Positions 20,022 through 29,336 of a stretch of 64,000 nucleotides of DNA are shown here, piece by piece (the stretch's first letter is position 1; every line of letters starts with the position of its first letter). The notes under the pieces were generated by a model, which was not told where the DNA came from, made no database searches, and was given only the letters and a program-made list of their open reading frames with translations. The position numbers and the translations under genes were made by a program. Source of the stretch: Clostridia bacterium (GTDB lineage: Bacteria; Bacillota; Clostridia; Oscillospirales; CAG-272); contig JAFQEC010000032.1 of assembly GCA_017415805.1 (NCBI GenBank), positions 2,411-66,410 on the forward strand, read 5' to 3'.

Positions 20022-20750
20022 ATGTCGGGACATAGCAAATGGGCCAATATCAAGCATAAGAAGGAAAAGACCGATGCGCAAAAGGCCAAGGTCTTTACCA
20101 AGATCGGCAAGGAGATCGCCGTTGCCGTCAAGGCGGGCGGCGGAGATCCCAATTCCAACTCCAAGCTCCGTGACCTCATTCAGAAGGCCAAATCCAACAA
20201 TGTGCCCAACGACAACATTGATCGCATCATCAAAAAGGCGATGGGCAGCACGGGCGAGAACTACGAGGAGGTCACCTACGAGGGCTACGGCCCCGGCGGT
20301 GTGGCCGTGATCGTGGAGACCACCACCGACAACCGCAACCGCACCGCGGGCAACGTGCGCTCTTATTTCAACAAGTATAAGGGCAACATGGGCACCTCGG
20401 GCTGCGTTTCGTTCCTCTTTGAGGACAAGGGTGTCATCATCGTGAGCAATGAGGACGGTGACATCGACGAGGATAAGCTGATGGAGACCGCACTGGAGTC
20501 GGGCGCAGAGGATTTTGCCGCAGGCGAGGGCGTGTTTGAGATCTACACCGTGGTGGACGATCTCTACGCCGTCAAGGAAGCGATCGAGGCCGCGGGCTAT
20601 CCCGTTGTCTCGGCCGAGAAGGACAAGATCCCCTCGAACACCGTGACGCTCACGAGCGACGACGACCTCAAATTTATGGGGCTCTTGGTCGAAATGCTCG
20701 AAGAGGACGACGACGTGATGAACGTCTACCACAACTGGGAGAACTGCTGA
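20022..20750 (+). CDS. yebC: YebC/PmpR family protein
   Basis: MSGHSKWANIKHKK, YEGYGPGGVA, TDNRNRT, NVYHN. Confidence 0.96.
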   Translation: MSGHSKWANIKHKKEKTDAQKAKVFTKIGKEIAVAVKAGGGDPNSNSKLRDLIQKAKSNNVPNDNIDRIIKKAMGSTGENYEEVTYEGYGPGGVAVIVETTTDNRNRTAGNVRSYFNKYKGNMGTSGCVSFLFEDKGVIIVSNEDGDIDEDKLMETALESGAEDFAAGEGVFEIYTVVDDLYAVKEAIEAAGYPVVSAEKDKIPSNTVTLTSDDDLKFMGLLVEMLEEDDDVMNVYHNWENC

Positions 20751-20760
20751 AAAGAAAACG

Positions 20761-20789
20761 ACGGAGAGGCTTGGCTTCTCCGTTTTTTT
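20761..20789 (+). terminator. Intrinsic terminator after yebC
   Basis: acggagaggc-ttg-gcttctccgt hairpin plus T tract. Confidence 0.8.
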
Positions 20790-20879
20790 GTTGTCAAAGC
20801 CTGCCTTGGTGAAATTTCTCTTTTTGCTTTGGTGCAAAATTGCACATATTAATAAAAAATGCATTGCGGGGGAATAGAC

Positions 20880-22307
20880 ATGGCCAAGGAAGGGAAATTG
20901 CTCAAGCACACGGTTCTCATCGGTGCATCCTCGGCGCTTTGCAAGGCAGTTTCCTTCTTTTTACTGCCGCTTTATACGGCAACTTTAAGTCCTGCGGAAT
21001 TCGGTGCATCCGATATTCTGGTCAGCACGGCGGTGCTTCTTTTGCCGCTGGTCTCGTGTAACGCGCCCGAGGCGGTCTTTCGCTTCGGCGCGGGTGAGCA
21101 CGCGCCGAGCGGCGTGCTTGCTGCGGGCGCGCGGTGCGTGGGGATCGGGCTTTTTGTATTTTTGCTTTTTCTGCCGCTTTTTGGCTTTTCACAGGTGCTT
21201 CGCCCGTATTTGCTTTATTTGTATTTGTACGTGGCGGCGGCCAATTTACACAGCCTGCTGGCGCATGCGCTGCGCGCGGCAGGGGAGTACGGGCTCTATG
21301 CCCTTCAGCAGATCTTTTGTGCACTGCTCACGGCGGTGCTCGGCGTTCTGTTTTTGACGGTTCTGCGCCTTGGTGTGCGCGGGTATCTGGCCTCGGTGCT
21401 TGTGGCGGATCTGATCACGGCGATCGTGCTTGCGCTTTGCCTGCGCCCGTGGCGGCTCTTGCAGGGGAACGAGTCACGCCAAGGCCTTGCGCGTGCGATG
21501 CTGCGCTATTCGGTGCCGCTGATCCCCGCATCGGCGCTCTGGTGGGTGATCGCACTCTCGGACCGTTATATTTTACTGAGCTTTCACGGCGAGGTCGCCA
21601 CGGGCATCTATGCGGCGGCAGGACGCTTACCGAGCCTTTTGACCTTCGCACTGGGCATCTTTATGGAGGCATGGCAATATGCCGCTATTTGCGAAAAAAA
21701 CGAAACGCGCGCCGTGCGCTTTGGCAAAATGTATGCCATGCTCCTGCCGTTTCTGGTGGCACTGTGCGCCGCCTTGATGCTGGCGGCACGGCCGCTTGTG
21801 TGGCTGATCTTTGATGCTGATTATGCCGCTGCCGCGCGTGACGTGCCGCTGTTGCTGCTCGCGGGCTTTTTTGCGGCACTGGCCTCTTTTTTTGGGAGCG
21901 TGTATACCGTAAAGATGCACTCGGGCGCGGTGTTCTGGACGACGCTCGGCGGGGCATTACTCAATCTCGTGCTCAATTTTGCACTGATCCCGCGTATGGG
22001 AACAACGGGTGCCGCACTCGCCACCTGCTTTGCCTATGCCTTGGTTTTTGTGTTGCGTGCATGGCACACGCGCGCGACCATGCCGTTTTATCGCTATGCA
22101 AAAAAAACCGCCGCCAGCGCGCTTTTGCTGCTCTTTGCCGCGTTGCTTGGTGCACGCGCACGGCTCGGCCCTTTTGCCATCGGCGCTTTGCTTGCGCCCA
22201 TACCCTTTTGGCGCGAGGGCATAAATTTGCTTGCTTTCTTGCGAAAACGGCTGGATGGGGTGTTGAAAAAGCGCAAAAAAGCGCGCGGTGATATTGACAA
22301 AGCGTGA
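20880..22307 (+). CDS. Polysaccharide/oligosaccharide flippase (Wzx/MOP superfamily)
   Basis: FFLLPLYTATLSPAEFG, MLRYSVPLIP, SDRY, LNFALIPRMGTTGAALAT; many TM segments. Confidence 0.88.
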   Translation: MAKEGKLLKHTVLIGASSALCKAVSFFLLPLYTATLSPAEFGASDILVSTAVLLLPLVSCNAPEAVFRFGAGEHAPSGVLAAGARCVGIGLFVFLLFLPLFGFSQVLRPYLLYLYLYVAAANLHSLLAHALRAAGEYGLYALQQIFCALLTAVLGVLFLTVLRLGVRGYLASVLVADLITAIVLALCLRPWRLLQGNESRQGLARAMLRYSVPLIPASALWWVIALSDRYILLSFHGEVATGIYAAAGRLPSLLTFALGIFMEAWQYAAICEKNETRAVRFGKMYAMLLPFLVALCAALMLAARPLVWLIFDADYAAAARDVPLLLLAGFFAALASFFGSVYTVKMHSGAVFWTTLGGALLNLVLNFALIPRMGTTGAALATCFAYALVFVLRAWHTRATMPFYRYAKKTAASALLLLFAALLGARARLGPFAIGALLAPIPFWREGINLLAFLRKRLDGVLKKRKKARGDIDKA

Positions 22308-22322
22308 ATTGTGTCTTATAAT
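22294..22322 (+). promoter_or_regulatory. Consensus sigmaA promoter of the NhaC-family transporter
   Basis: TTGACA-17bp-TATAAT overlapping the flippase stop codon. Confidence 0.8.
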
Positions 22323-22383
22323 AGAGAAGAAGAATGCGCGACCCGATCGCGCTTTTTCTTTCAAAAAAATAAGGAGAAAAGGT

Positions 22384-24018
22384 ATGAAGCTTGACCGTCG
22401 TCTTCGAAATCTCATCATCATTGCCCTGGCACTGATCGCGGTTGTGGTGCTTGCCATCACGCTGCGTGCGGACAGTGCCGACGCAAGCCCCTATTACGCC
22501 ACCTTCATGTCGCTGGTGCCCCCCATCATCGCCATCGGCCTTGCGCTGCTCACCAAGGAGGTGTACAGCTCGCTGTTTGTCGGTGTGCTGGCAGGCGCAC
22601 TGTTTCACGCCGATTTTAATGTGATCAAGGCGATGGACGCCGTTACCAATGACGGCTTGATCACCGCCATTGCCGACACCGCAGGTATTTTTGCATTCCT
22701 CGTTATTCTTGGTGCTATTGTTATTCTGCTCAATAAGGCAGGCGGCTCCAAGGCGTTTGGAAAGTGGGCACAGACCCACGTCAAAACGCGCGTGGGCGCA
22801 ATTCTTGCCACCTTTGTGCTTGGTGTGCTGATCTTTGTGGACGACTATTTCAACTGCCTGACCGTTGGCAGCGTGATGCGCCCCGTGTCGGATACGCACA
22901 AGATCTCGCGCGCAAAGCTCGCCTACATCATTGATGCCACCGCCGCACCCATTTGCATGATCGCCCCCGTTTCCTCTTGGGCGGCCGCCGTGGTGGACTA
23001 TGTGGAGGACGGACAGGGACTTTCCTATTTCATCCGTGCCATTCCGTACAATTTCTATTCGCTGCTTACCATCGTGTTTGTGATCGCCATCGCCTTGATG
23101 GGCTTTGATTACGGCAAGATGGCAAGTGCCGAGCTGGCCGCGCAAGCAGGTGACCTCGGAGCAGAGGAGCATGAGGAGAACACTGAGGAGCACGGCGAAA
23201 ACGAGCGTGCCCGCGTGCTGGACCTTGTGCTGCCCATCTGCACGCTGATCGTTTCGTGCGTTTTGGCACTGCTTTACGTGGGTGGGTTCTTCGCCAAGGA
23301 CAGCGAATATTATATGAGCCTGACGGGTGCCTTCGGTGATACCGACGCCACCGTGGCACTGCCTTGGGGATCTCTGATTGCACTGATTTTGATTATCGTG
23401 TATCTGATGGCCCGTCGCCTGATCACCTTTAAGACCTCGATGGAAGCGATCCCGAAGGGCTTTATTGCCATGGTCCCCGCGATCCTGATCCTGACGCTTG
23501 CAACCTCTCTCAAGAATGTGACGGGTCTGCTCGGCTCGGATGTGTTTGTTGAGGGCCTGTTGGAAAATGCAGGCGCGCTCAAGCTCTTCCTGCCTGCGAT
23601 CATCTTTGTGATCGCGTGCTTCCTTGCTTTTGCAACGGGCACCTCTTGGGGCACGTTCGGTATTCTTATTCCCATCGTGCTTGCCGTTGATCTCGGCGCG
23701 GAGCTTAGCATCATCGCCATGTCCGCCTGCCTTGCGGGTGCAGTTTGCGGTGACCATTGCTCGCCCATCTCGGATACCACCATTATGGCATCCGCGGGCG
23801 CACAGTGTAATCACGTGCAGCACGTGTCCACACAGCTGCCCTATGCCATTACTGTGGCGGCGGTTTCCTTCGTTTGCTACATCATCGCGGGTGTTGCACA
23901 GAGCGTGGGACTGTACTGGTGGTTCTCGCTGCCCTTTGGTATGGTTTTGATGGTGGCGACGCTCTTTGGCATTCGCTTTGTGCAGAACAAGAAACAGGCC
24001 TTGCCGGCAGAAAAATAA
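22384..24018 (+). CDS. NhaC-family transporter (Na+/H+ antiporter or amino-acid carrier)
   Basis: IFVDDYFN, SRAKLAYIIDATAAP, FATGTSWGTFGI, GAVCGDHCSPISDTTIMAS, HVSTQLPYA; start behind aaggag. Confidence 0.92.
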   Translation: MKLDRRLRNLIIIALALIAVVVLAITLRADSADASPYYATFMSLVPPIIAIGLALLTKEVYSSLFVGVLAGALFHADFNVIKAMDAVTNDGLITAIADTAGIFAFLVILGAIVILLNKAGGSKAFGKWAQTHVKTRVGAILATFVLGVLIFVDDYFNCLTVGSVMRPVSDTHKISRAKLAYIIDATAAPICMIAPVSSWAAAVVDYVEDGQGLSYFIRAIPYNFYSLLTIVFVIAIALMGFDYGKMASAELAAQAGDLGAEEHEENTEEHGENERARVLDLVLPICTLIVSCVLALLYVGGFFAKDSEYYMSLTGAFGDTDATVALPWGSLIALILIIVYLMARRLITFKTSMEAIPKGFIAMVPAILILTLATSLKNVTGLLGSDVFVEGLLENAGALKLFLPAIIFVIACFLAFATGTSWGTFGILIPIVLAVDLGAELSIIAMSACLAGAVCGDHCSPISDTTIMASAGAQCNHVQHVSTQLPYAITVAAVSFVCYIIAGVAQSVGLYWWFSLPFGMVLMVATLFGIRFVQNKKQALPAEK

Positions 24019-24042
24019 ATTTGAAAAAAATGCAAAAACCTA

Positions 24043-24071
24043 TTGCATTTTCCAAGCAGGTGTGATATAAT
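24043..24071 (+). promoter_or_regulatory. sigmaA promoter of rplS
   Basis: TTGCAT-17bp-TATAAT with extended -10 TG. Confidence 0.8.
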
Positions 24072-24099
24072 ACCATCTGTGTGTTTACACGAAGTATAA

Positions 24100-24134
24100 G
24101 GGTGGTCCGCTGCCAAGCTCTGCATGAACATCCG
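24100..24134 (+). ncRNA. L19 ribosomal protein leader (cis-regulatory RNA)
   Basis: gggtggtccgctg...gcatgaacatcc resembles the Firmicute L19 leader (UCCGCUG...GCAUGAACAUC) and lies between the rplS promoter and RBS. Confidence 0.8.
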
Positions 24135-24153
24135 GATTTTAAGGAGGCCAAAC

Positions 24154-24495
24154 ATGAACTTGATTCAGGCTTTTACAAACGAGCAATTGAAGGAAGAGGT
24201 ACCGGTTATTCGCATCGGTGACACCGTGCGCATCCACAACAAGATCGTTGAGGGTACCAAAGAGAGAATTCAGCTTTTCGAGGGCACCGTTATCGCCAAG
24301 CACGGCGGCGGCATCTCCGAGACCTTCACCGTCAGACGCGTTTCTTACGGTGTCGGTGTGGAGAAGACCTTCCCCCTCCATTCGCCCAACGTGGCAAAAG
24401 TTGATGTCATCCGCGTCGGTAAGGTCCGCCGCGCAAAGCTTTACTACCTGCGTGACCGCGTTGGTAAGGCTTCCAAGGTCAAGGAGAAGATCTAA
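24154..24495 (+). CDS. rplS: 50S ribosomal protein L19
   Basis: [36 protein letters not shown]; RBS aaggagg. Confidence 0.98.
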   Translation: MNLIQAFTNEQLKEEVPVIRIGDTVRIHNKIVEGTKERIQLFEGTVIAKHGGGISETFTVRRVSYGVGVEKTFPLHSPNVAKVDVIRVGKVRRAKLYYLRDRVGKASKVKEKI

Positions 24496-24504
24496 GACCG
24501 TATA

Positions 24505-24535
24505 CAAAAAGCAACCGCTTGGCGGTTGCTTTTTG
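24505..24535 (+). terminator. Terminator after rplS
   Basis: caaaaagcaaccgc-ttg-gcggttgctttttg. Confidence 0.85.
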
Positions 24536-24552
24536 TGTTTCTTGTGCCAAAT

Positions 24553-24586
24553 CAAAAAAGAACCGCCCGACGGGCGGTTCTTTTTG
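24553..24586 (-). terminator. Terminator after pckG (bidirectional form)
   Basis: aaaaagaaccgccc-gac-gggcggttcttttt. Confidence 0.85.
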
Positions 24587-24597
24587 TCGTTGTTTGA

Positions 24598-26382
24598 TTA
24601 GCCGAGTCTCTTCTCGAGAGCAGCAAGCTCCTCGTACATGGTAGCGGGAACGCGGTCACCAACCTGAGCATAGAACTCCTTGATGTTGGCAACGTCTGCC
24701 TTCCAGGACTCGACGTCCACCGACAGAAGATCCTTGATGGTGTCAAGCGTGACATCCGAAAGACCCTCAATGTTAATGTCCTCGGCCTTGGGCACGTAGC
24801 CGATAGCGGTCTCAACGGCGTCCACCTTGCCCTCGCAGCGAGCCAGGATCCAGAGAAGGACGCGCATATTGTCGCCGAAGCCGGGCCAGATGAAGTGGCC
24901 TTCGTCATCGGTGCGGAACCAGTTGACGTGGAAGATCATGGGCGGGTTGGGGATCTTCTTGCCCATATCCAGCCAGTGCTTCCAGTAGTCACCCATGTTG
25001 TAGCCCACGAAGGGACGCATTGCCATGGGGTCGCGGCGGACAACGCCGACAGCGCCTGCGGCTGCTGCGGTGGTCTCGGAGGCCATGATCGAGCCCACGA
25101 ACGAGCCGTGCTGCCAGTTGAAGGACTGGTAAACCAGGGGAGCAGTCTTTGCACGGCGGCCGCCGAAGACGATGGCCGACACGGGCACGCCCTTCAGGCT
25201 GTTGAACTCAGGCGAAATGCAGGGGCAGTTCGCAGCCAGAGCCGTAAAGCGGGAGTTGGGATGTGCGCCGCAGGTGGACTTATCCTTCTTATCATACTTG
25301 GTGCAGTCCCAAGGATTGCCCTTCCAGTCGATGGCGTTACCGGGCTGGGGAGGATTGTTGTCCAGGCCCTCCCACCAGACGGTGTTGTTCTTGGTGTCGT
25401 GCACGACGTTGGTGAAGATGGTGTCGCGCTTGGTGGTTGCCAGTGCGTTGGGGTTGGATTTTTCGTTGGTGCCGGGGGCCACGCCGAAGAAGCCGTTCTC
25501 GGGGTTGACCGCCCAGAGTCTGCCGTCCTCACCCACGCGCAGCCAAGCGATGTCGTCACCGACGCACTCAACCTCGTAGCCCTGCTCGCGCAGGAACTTC
25601 GGGGGGATGAGCATGGCAAGGTTGGTCTTGCCGCAAGCAGAGGGGAATGCAGCGGTGACGTACTTCTTCTCACCGTTGGGGTACTTCACGCCCAGAATGA
25701 GCATGTGCTCGGCCATCCAGCCTTCCTTGCGGCCAAGGTAGGATGCAATACGCAGTGCAAAGCACTTCTTGCCCAGCAGCACGTTTCCGCCGTAGCCCGA
25801 GTTCACGGACATGATCTCGTTGGTCTCGGGGAAGTGGGTGATATAGCGGTTCTCCTCGTCAATGTCAGCGCGTGCGTGCAGACCCTTGATATAGTCTGCG
25901 CTGTCGCCGAGCGCCTCAAGCACGTTGGTGCCCACGCGCGTCATGATGAGCATGTTCAGCACGACGTAGATCGAGTCGGTCAGCTCAATGCCGTACTTGG
26001 CAAAGTCCGAGCCGACAACGCCCATGGAGTAGGGGATGACGTACATGGTGCGGCCCTTCATCGAGTTCTTGTAGAGCTTGAACAGCTTTTCCTTCATCTC
26101 GGCAGGAGCCATCCAGTTGTTGATGTTGCCTGCGTCTTCCTTCTTCTCGGTGCAGATGAAGGTGCGGTTTTCCACGCGTGCAACGTCGTTGACAGCGGTG
26201 CGGTGCAGGTAGCAGTTGGGCAGCAGCTCCTGGTTGAGCTTGATAAGCTCACCGGTGGAGCAGGCCTCGGCACGCAGAGCCTCTGCCTGTGCCTCGGAGC
26301 CGTCGATCCAGACGATCTTGTCGGGATTCGTCATAGCGGCCATTTCGTCGATCCAGGACAAAACGTACTTGTTGTTGGTCAT
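24598..26382 (-). CDS. pckG: Phosphoenolpyruvate carboxykinase (GTP-dependent)
   Basis: DVARVE, GYGGNVLLGKKCFALRIAS, AFPSACGKTNLAM, VGDDIAW, NPENGFFGVAPG, HPNSRF, WPGFGDN. Confidence 0.97.
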   Translation of the reverse strand: MTNNKYVLSWIDEMAAMTNPDKIVWIDGSEAQAEALRAEACSTGELIKLNQELLPNCYLHRTAVNDVARVENRTFICTEKKEDAGNINNWMAPAEMKEKLFKLYKNSMKGRTMYVIPYSMGVVGSDFAKYGIELTDSIYVVLNMLIMTRVGTNVLEALGDSADYIKGLHARADIDEENRYITHFPETNEIMSVNSGYGGNVLLGKKCFALRIASYLGRKEGWMAEHMLILGVKYPNGEKKYVTAAFPSACGKTNLAMLIPPKFLREQGYEVECVGDDIAWLRVGEDGRLWAVNPENGFFGVAPGTNEKSNPNALATTKRDTIFTNVVHDTKNNTVWWEGLDNNPPQPGNAIDWKGNPWDCTKYDKKDKSTCGAHPNSRFTALAANCPCISPEFNSLKGVPVSAIVFGGRRAKTAPLVYQSFNWQHGSFVGSIMASETTAAAAGAVGVVRRDPMAMRPFVGYNMGDYWKHWLDMGKKIPNPPMIFHVNWFRTDDEGHFIWPGFGDNMRVLLWILARCEGKVDAVETAIGYVPKAEDINIEGLSDVTLDTIKDLLSVDVESWKADVANIKEFYAQVGDRVPATMYEELAALEKRLG

Positions 26383-26435
26383 AGTTTTTTCTCCTCTTGT
26401 ATTTGGGATGGTACTACCATCGTTTCCCAGTATAG

Positions 26436-26464
26436 ATTTTACTACACTTTTGCAAGATTTTCAA
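26436..26464 (-). promoter_or_regulatory. sigmaA promoter of pckG
   Basis: Minus strand TTGAAA-17bp-TAAAAT. Confidence 0.65.
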
Positions 26465-26534
26465 CAGAAACTTGCAAAAGTTACACTTTGTTAACATGTA
26501 AACGCGCACACGGGAAAATTTATGACAGCTTGCA

Positions 26535-28109
26535 CTATTTTTTTGCCGTTTGCGCCTGTGCAATTTGCTCCTTTGTGGGGAAAAGCGAGCGCAAAAGCCA
26601 TGTGGCATCACTTTTTCCAAAGGTTCCCGTAAGTGCAAGAAGCAGAACGTACAGTGCGGCAAGGAGCAGAATGTGCAGTGTCAGCGAAAGTCCGCCGCTG
26701 TGTACGGCGAAGGGAAGCAAACGGTGCAAAAGGGTTAGGATACAGGAGGCACCGATCACCGCGGCAAGCGGACGAACCAAAAGCGTAAAGATACGGGGGC
26801 GATAGCGGCTGATGCGCAGCAGGCGCGCGATGCTGAGGGCTGCATTCAGAATCTCGGTAATGTAAATGGTGATCAAATACCCCCAAATTCCAAAGCACGG
26901 CACCAACAGCCAGACCGCGACCACCGAAACGAAGGCGTCCAGAATGTTCACGTTCATCGAGTAGACCTGCTCTCCCATGCCCTTGAGCATGGCGTCCGTG
27001 GCAGTATCCAGATACATCACGGGAATCAGCGGCGCCAGCGCGCGGATAAAGGCCGCAACCTCAGAGCTGTCATAAAGCACCTGCCCAAGCTCCCCCGAAA
27101 GGCAGAGCATCGCACCCGCCACACCGATCGAAAAGAGGAATGTCATTTGGTAAACGCGCCCTGCAATATAGCGGATCTCCACCTCGTTTCCTGCCGCCTG
27201 CTGCTCGGTCACCTCGGGAATGAGAAGTGCGGAAAATGACGAGAGAATGGCGGCGGGATAGAGCACCACGGGCAGCGCCATGCTGTGCAGCGATCCGTAG
27301 GATGCCAATGCGGCCGAGCTGCCTGCTCCAAAGGCTATAAGCCCTCGTGGGATTAAAATATGTTCTATTGCAAGTAAACCTGACCGCGCATATGCGCTGA
27401 TCGCCACGGGCATTGCCACCGCCGCCACACGGATGGGACCGCTGTATTTTGCAGTGCCGACATGGCGAAAATGCCGTTTGTCCGCCACGTACAAAACAAG
27501 GTTGAGCACCAAGGAAACCGATTCGGAAACCGCACCGCCCAGCAGAATGGCGAGCATACAGCCCTCAACGGTTTTGGGCGCGACCGCGACGAGCAGATAG
27601 CCCGTGAGCGAGATCTTGATTGCCTGCTCCGCCACCTGTGCGATCGCGTTTTTCCAGGCACGGCGCACGGCGGTGAAATAGCCGTTTAGAACCGAGGTCA
27701 GCGCGATCGGAAGGAGCGTGAAGGAGAGCAGCCGCAACGCACGCACCGTCCGCACATCGTGCAGAAGAAGGCGGCCGATAGGGGCGGAAAGGCCAAACAA
27801 AAGGATCGATGAAAGCGTGCCGAAAAAGAGGGCGTAGGAGAGGCACGCCAAAAGACACCGACGGTTTTCCGCGCCTCCGCTTCGCTCCAGTCGCTCGGCC
27901 ACGGTACGCACGGTGGCGAGGTGGATGCCCGAGGTCGCCAGCGTGGTTGCAAAGCCGTACACGCTTCCCACCAGTGAAAGCAAGCCCATCGCCTCTGCGC
28001 CCACACGGTTAGAGACATAGACGTTGAAGCTCACCGAGACGGTGCGCATCAAAAGCGCGACCGCCGTGAGCAGCAGCGCGTTCAAAAAATACTGACGTTT
28101 GGTTTTCAT
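26535..28109 (-). CDS. SpoVB-like MOP-family flippase
   Basis: NALLLTAVALLMR, NRVGAEAMG, LNGYF, SQ/EQ motif, LIPRGL, LKGMGEQ; about 14 TM; RBS gaggtg. Confidence 0.85.
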   Translation of the reverse strand: MKTKRQYFLNALLLTAVALLMRTVSVSFNVYVSNRVGAEAMGLLSLVGSVYGFATTLATSGIHLATVRTVAERLERSGGAENRRCLLACLSYALFFGTLSSILLFGLSAPIGRLLLHDVRTVRALRLLSFTLLPIALTSVLNGYFTAVRRAWKNAIAQVAEQAIKISLTGYLLVAVAPKTVEGCMLAILLGGAVSESVSLVLNLVLYVADKRHFRHVGTAKYSGPIRVAAVAMPVAISAYARSGLLAIEHILIPRGLIAFGAGSSAALASYGSLHSMALPVVLYPAAILSSFSALLIPEVTEQQAAGNEVEIRYIAGRVYQMTFLFSIGVAGAMLCLSGELGQVLYDSSEVAAFIRALAPLIPVMYLDTATDAMLKGMGEQVYSMNVNILDAFVSVVAVWLLVPCFGIWGYLITIYITEILNAALSIARLLRISRYRPRIFTLLVRPLAAVIGASCILTLLHRLLPFAVHSGGLSLTLHILLLAALYVLLLALTGTFGKSDATWLLRSLFPTKEQIAQAQTAKK

Positions 28110-28126
28110 AGCTTCACCTCGTGTTC

Positions 28127-28155
28127 ATTCTATTCGCCGCGCGTGTAAGATAGAC
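28127..28155 (-). promoter_or_regulatory. Possible mother-cell sigmaE-type promoter of the spoVB-like gene
   Basis: Minus strand gtctat-15bp-aatagaat resembles the sigmaE consensus; Bacillus spoVB is sigmaE-dependent. Confidence 0.4.
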
Positions 28156-28166
28156 CGCGCGGCCTC

Positions 28167-28195
28167 TTTACAAATTTTTTGAATTATGCTATACT
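28167..28195 (+). promoter_or_regulatory. sigmaA promoter
   Basis: TTTACA-17bp-TATACT with extended -10 TG. Confidence 0.7.
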
Positions 28196-28262
28196 GAAAT
28201 CAAGGCCGCACTCATATGCTTTTTGCAAAAAGGCGGCTCAGTTCCCGGAAGGAGAGGCAACA

Positions 28263-28907
28263 ATGGCGAAAACGGTAGCAATCACCATCGGCAGACAGTA
28301 CGGAAGCGGAGGTCACGACATCGGCTTGCGCGTGGGCGAGCTTCTCGGCTTCAAGGTCTATGACAAGGAGCTGATCGGATTGGCGGCGGAAAAAAGCGGC
28401 GTAAACCCCGATTATCTGCGCCGCGTGGACGAGAAGGCCACAAACAGTCTGCTCTATACACTGGCGCTTGGCGGCTCGCTGTACCGTGCACGGCACCTTG
28501 GCGTGGACGTGCCGATCAACGACCAGCTGTTTATCACGCAGACCGAGATCATCAAGAAGGCGGCAGAGGAGGAGTCCTGCATTTTCATCGGCCGCTGTGC
28601 CGATTACGTGCTGCGCAACCATCCGGGGCGCTTGAGCTTCTTTATTTACGCTGATATCAAGGCGCGCGCAAGCCGTATCGCCCAGCGTTACGCCATCACC
28701 CACGAGGAGGCGATAGGCCGCATCAATAAGACCGATAAGCGGCGCATCGGCTATTATAACTATTACACAGGAAAAAAGTGGGGGAAATTTGACAATTACC
28801 ATCTCTCCATTGATAGCTCGTTGCTTGGCGTAGAGGGCACGGCGCAGGCCATCGCTGACATTGTGCGTGTCTATTTATCCGAGAGCGAGGAGGATAAAAA
28901 GCTCTGA
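28263..28907 (+). CDS. Cytidylate kinase-like family protein
   Basis: ITIGRQYGSGG, YDKELI, CIFIGRCADYVL, DKRR..YY.YYTGKKWG, YHLSIDSS. Confidence 0.9.
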   Translation: MAKTVAITIGRQYGSGGHDIGLRVGELLGFKVYDKELIGLAAEKSGVNPDYLRRVDEKATNSLLYTLALGGSLYRARHLGVDVPINDQLFITQTEIIKKAAEEESCIFIGRCADYVLRNHPGRLSFFIYADIKARASRIAQRYAITHEEAIGRINKTDKRRIGYYNYYTGKKWGKFDNYHLSIDSSLLGVEGTAQAIADIVRVYLSESEEDKKL

Positions 28908-28943
28908 ACAAAACGGCACGATTTGTCAAGCGACAAAAAACTC

Positions 28944-28972
28944 TTGACAAGAATGCGGCAGCGGACTATGAT
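28944..28972 (+). promoter_or_regulatory. sigmaA promoter of rubredoxin
   Basis: TTGACA-17bp-TATGAT. Confidence 0.75.
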
Positions 28973-29008
28973 ATATAGTGCAAACCACAACACAGGAGGC
29001 TTTTACCC

Positions 29009-29191
29009 ATGGCTGTTTATGTCTGCGCATTGTGTGGATATGAGTACGACCCCAAAAACGGAGATCCCGAAAACGGGATTGAGGAAGGTACGGAATTTGA
29101 GGACCTGCCCGAAGGTTTCGAGTGCCCGCTTTGCGGCGCATCGAAAGAGGATTTTGAACGTCAAAACAGCGAGAGCGAAGACGAGGAATAA
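29009..29191 (+). CDS. Rubredoxin
   Basis: [12 protein letters not shown]...[14 protein letters not shown]; RBS aggagg. Confidence 0.96.
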   Translation: MAVYVCALCGYEYDPKNGDPENGIEEGTEFEDLPEGFECPLCGASKEDFERQNSESEDEE

Positions 29192-29233
29192 AGCAAGCAG
29201 GCGGTGCCGTTGGGTACCGCCTGCTTGCTTTAT
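29188..29233 (+). terminator. Terminator after rubredoxin
   Basis: ataaagcaagcaggcggt...accgcctgcttgctttat long hairpin. Confidence 0.75.
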
Positions 29234-29264
29234 CCATTTTTTGTGCATATTTGTATAAAAAAGG

Positions 29265-29293
29265 TTGACTTTTCTTATATAAGAAGTTATAAT
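29265..29293 (+). promoter_or_regulatory. sigmaA promoter of the nusB-recN operon
   Basis: TTGACT-17bp-TATAAT. Confidence 0.8.
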
Positions 29294-29336
29294 ATTAAAT
29301 ATCAAATTAAACTCTCACAGCGAAGGGAAGAATGTT

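Noticed and set aside
24505-24586. Paired palindromes as a MITE/REP element or dif-like site
   Set aside because: Explained as two intrinsic terminators for the convergent rplS and pckG genes
26488-26505. Rex-like site upstream of pckG
   Set aside because: Only the left half (TTGTTAA) matches; the right half is 4/7
28205-28250. cactcatat resembling the start of a purine riboswitch
   Set aside because: No P2/P3 stems or UUUCUAC core; the leader is too short
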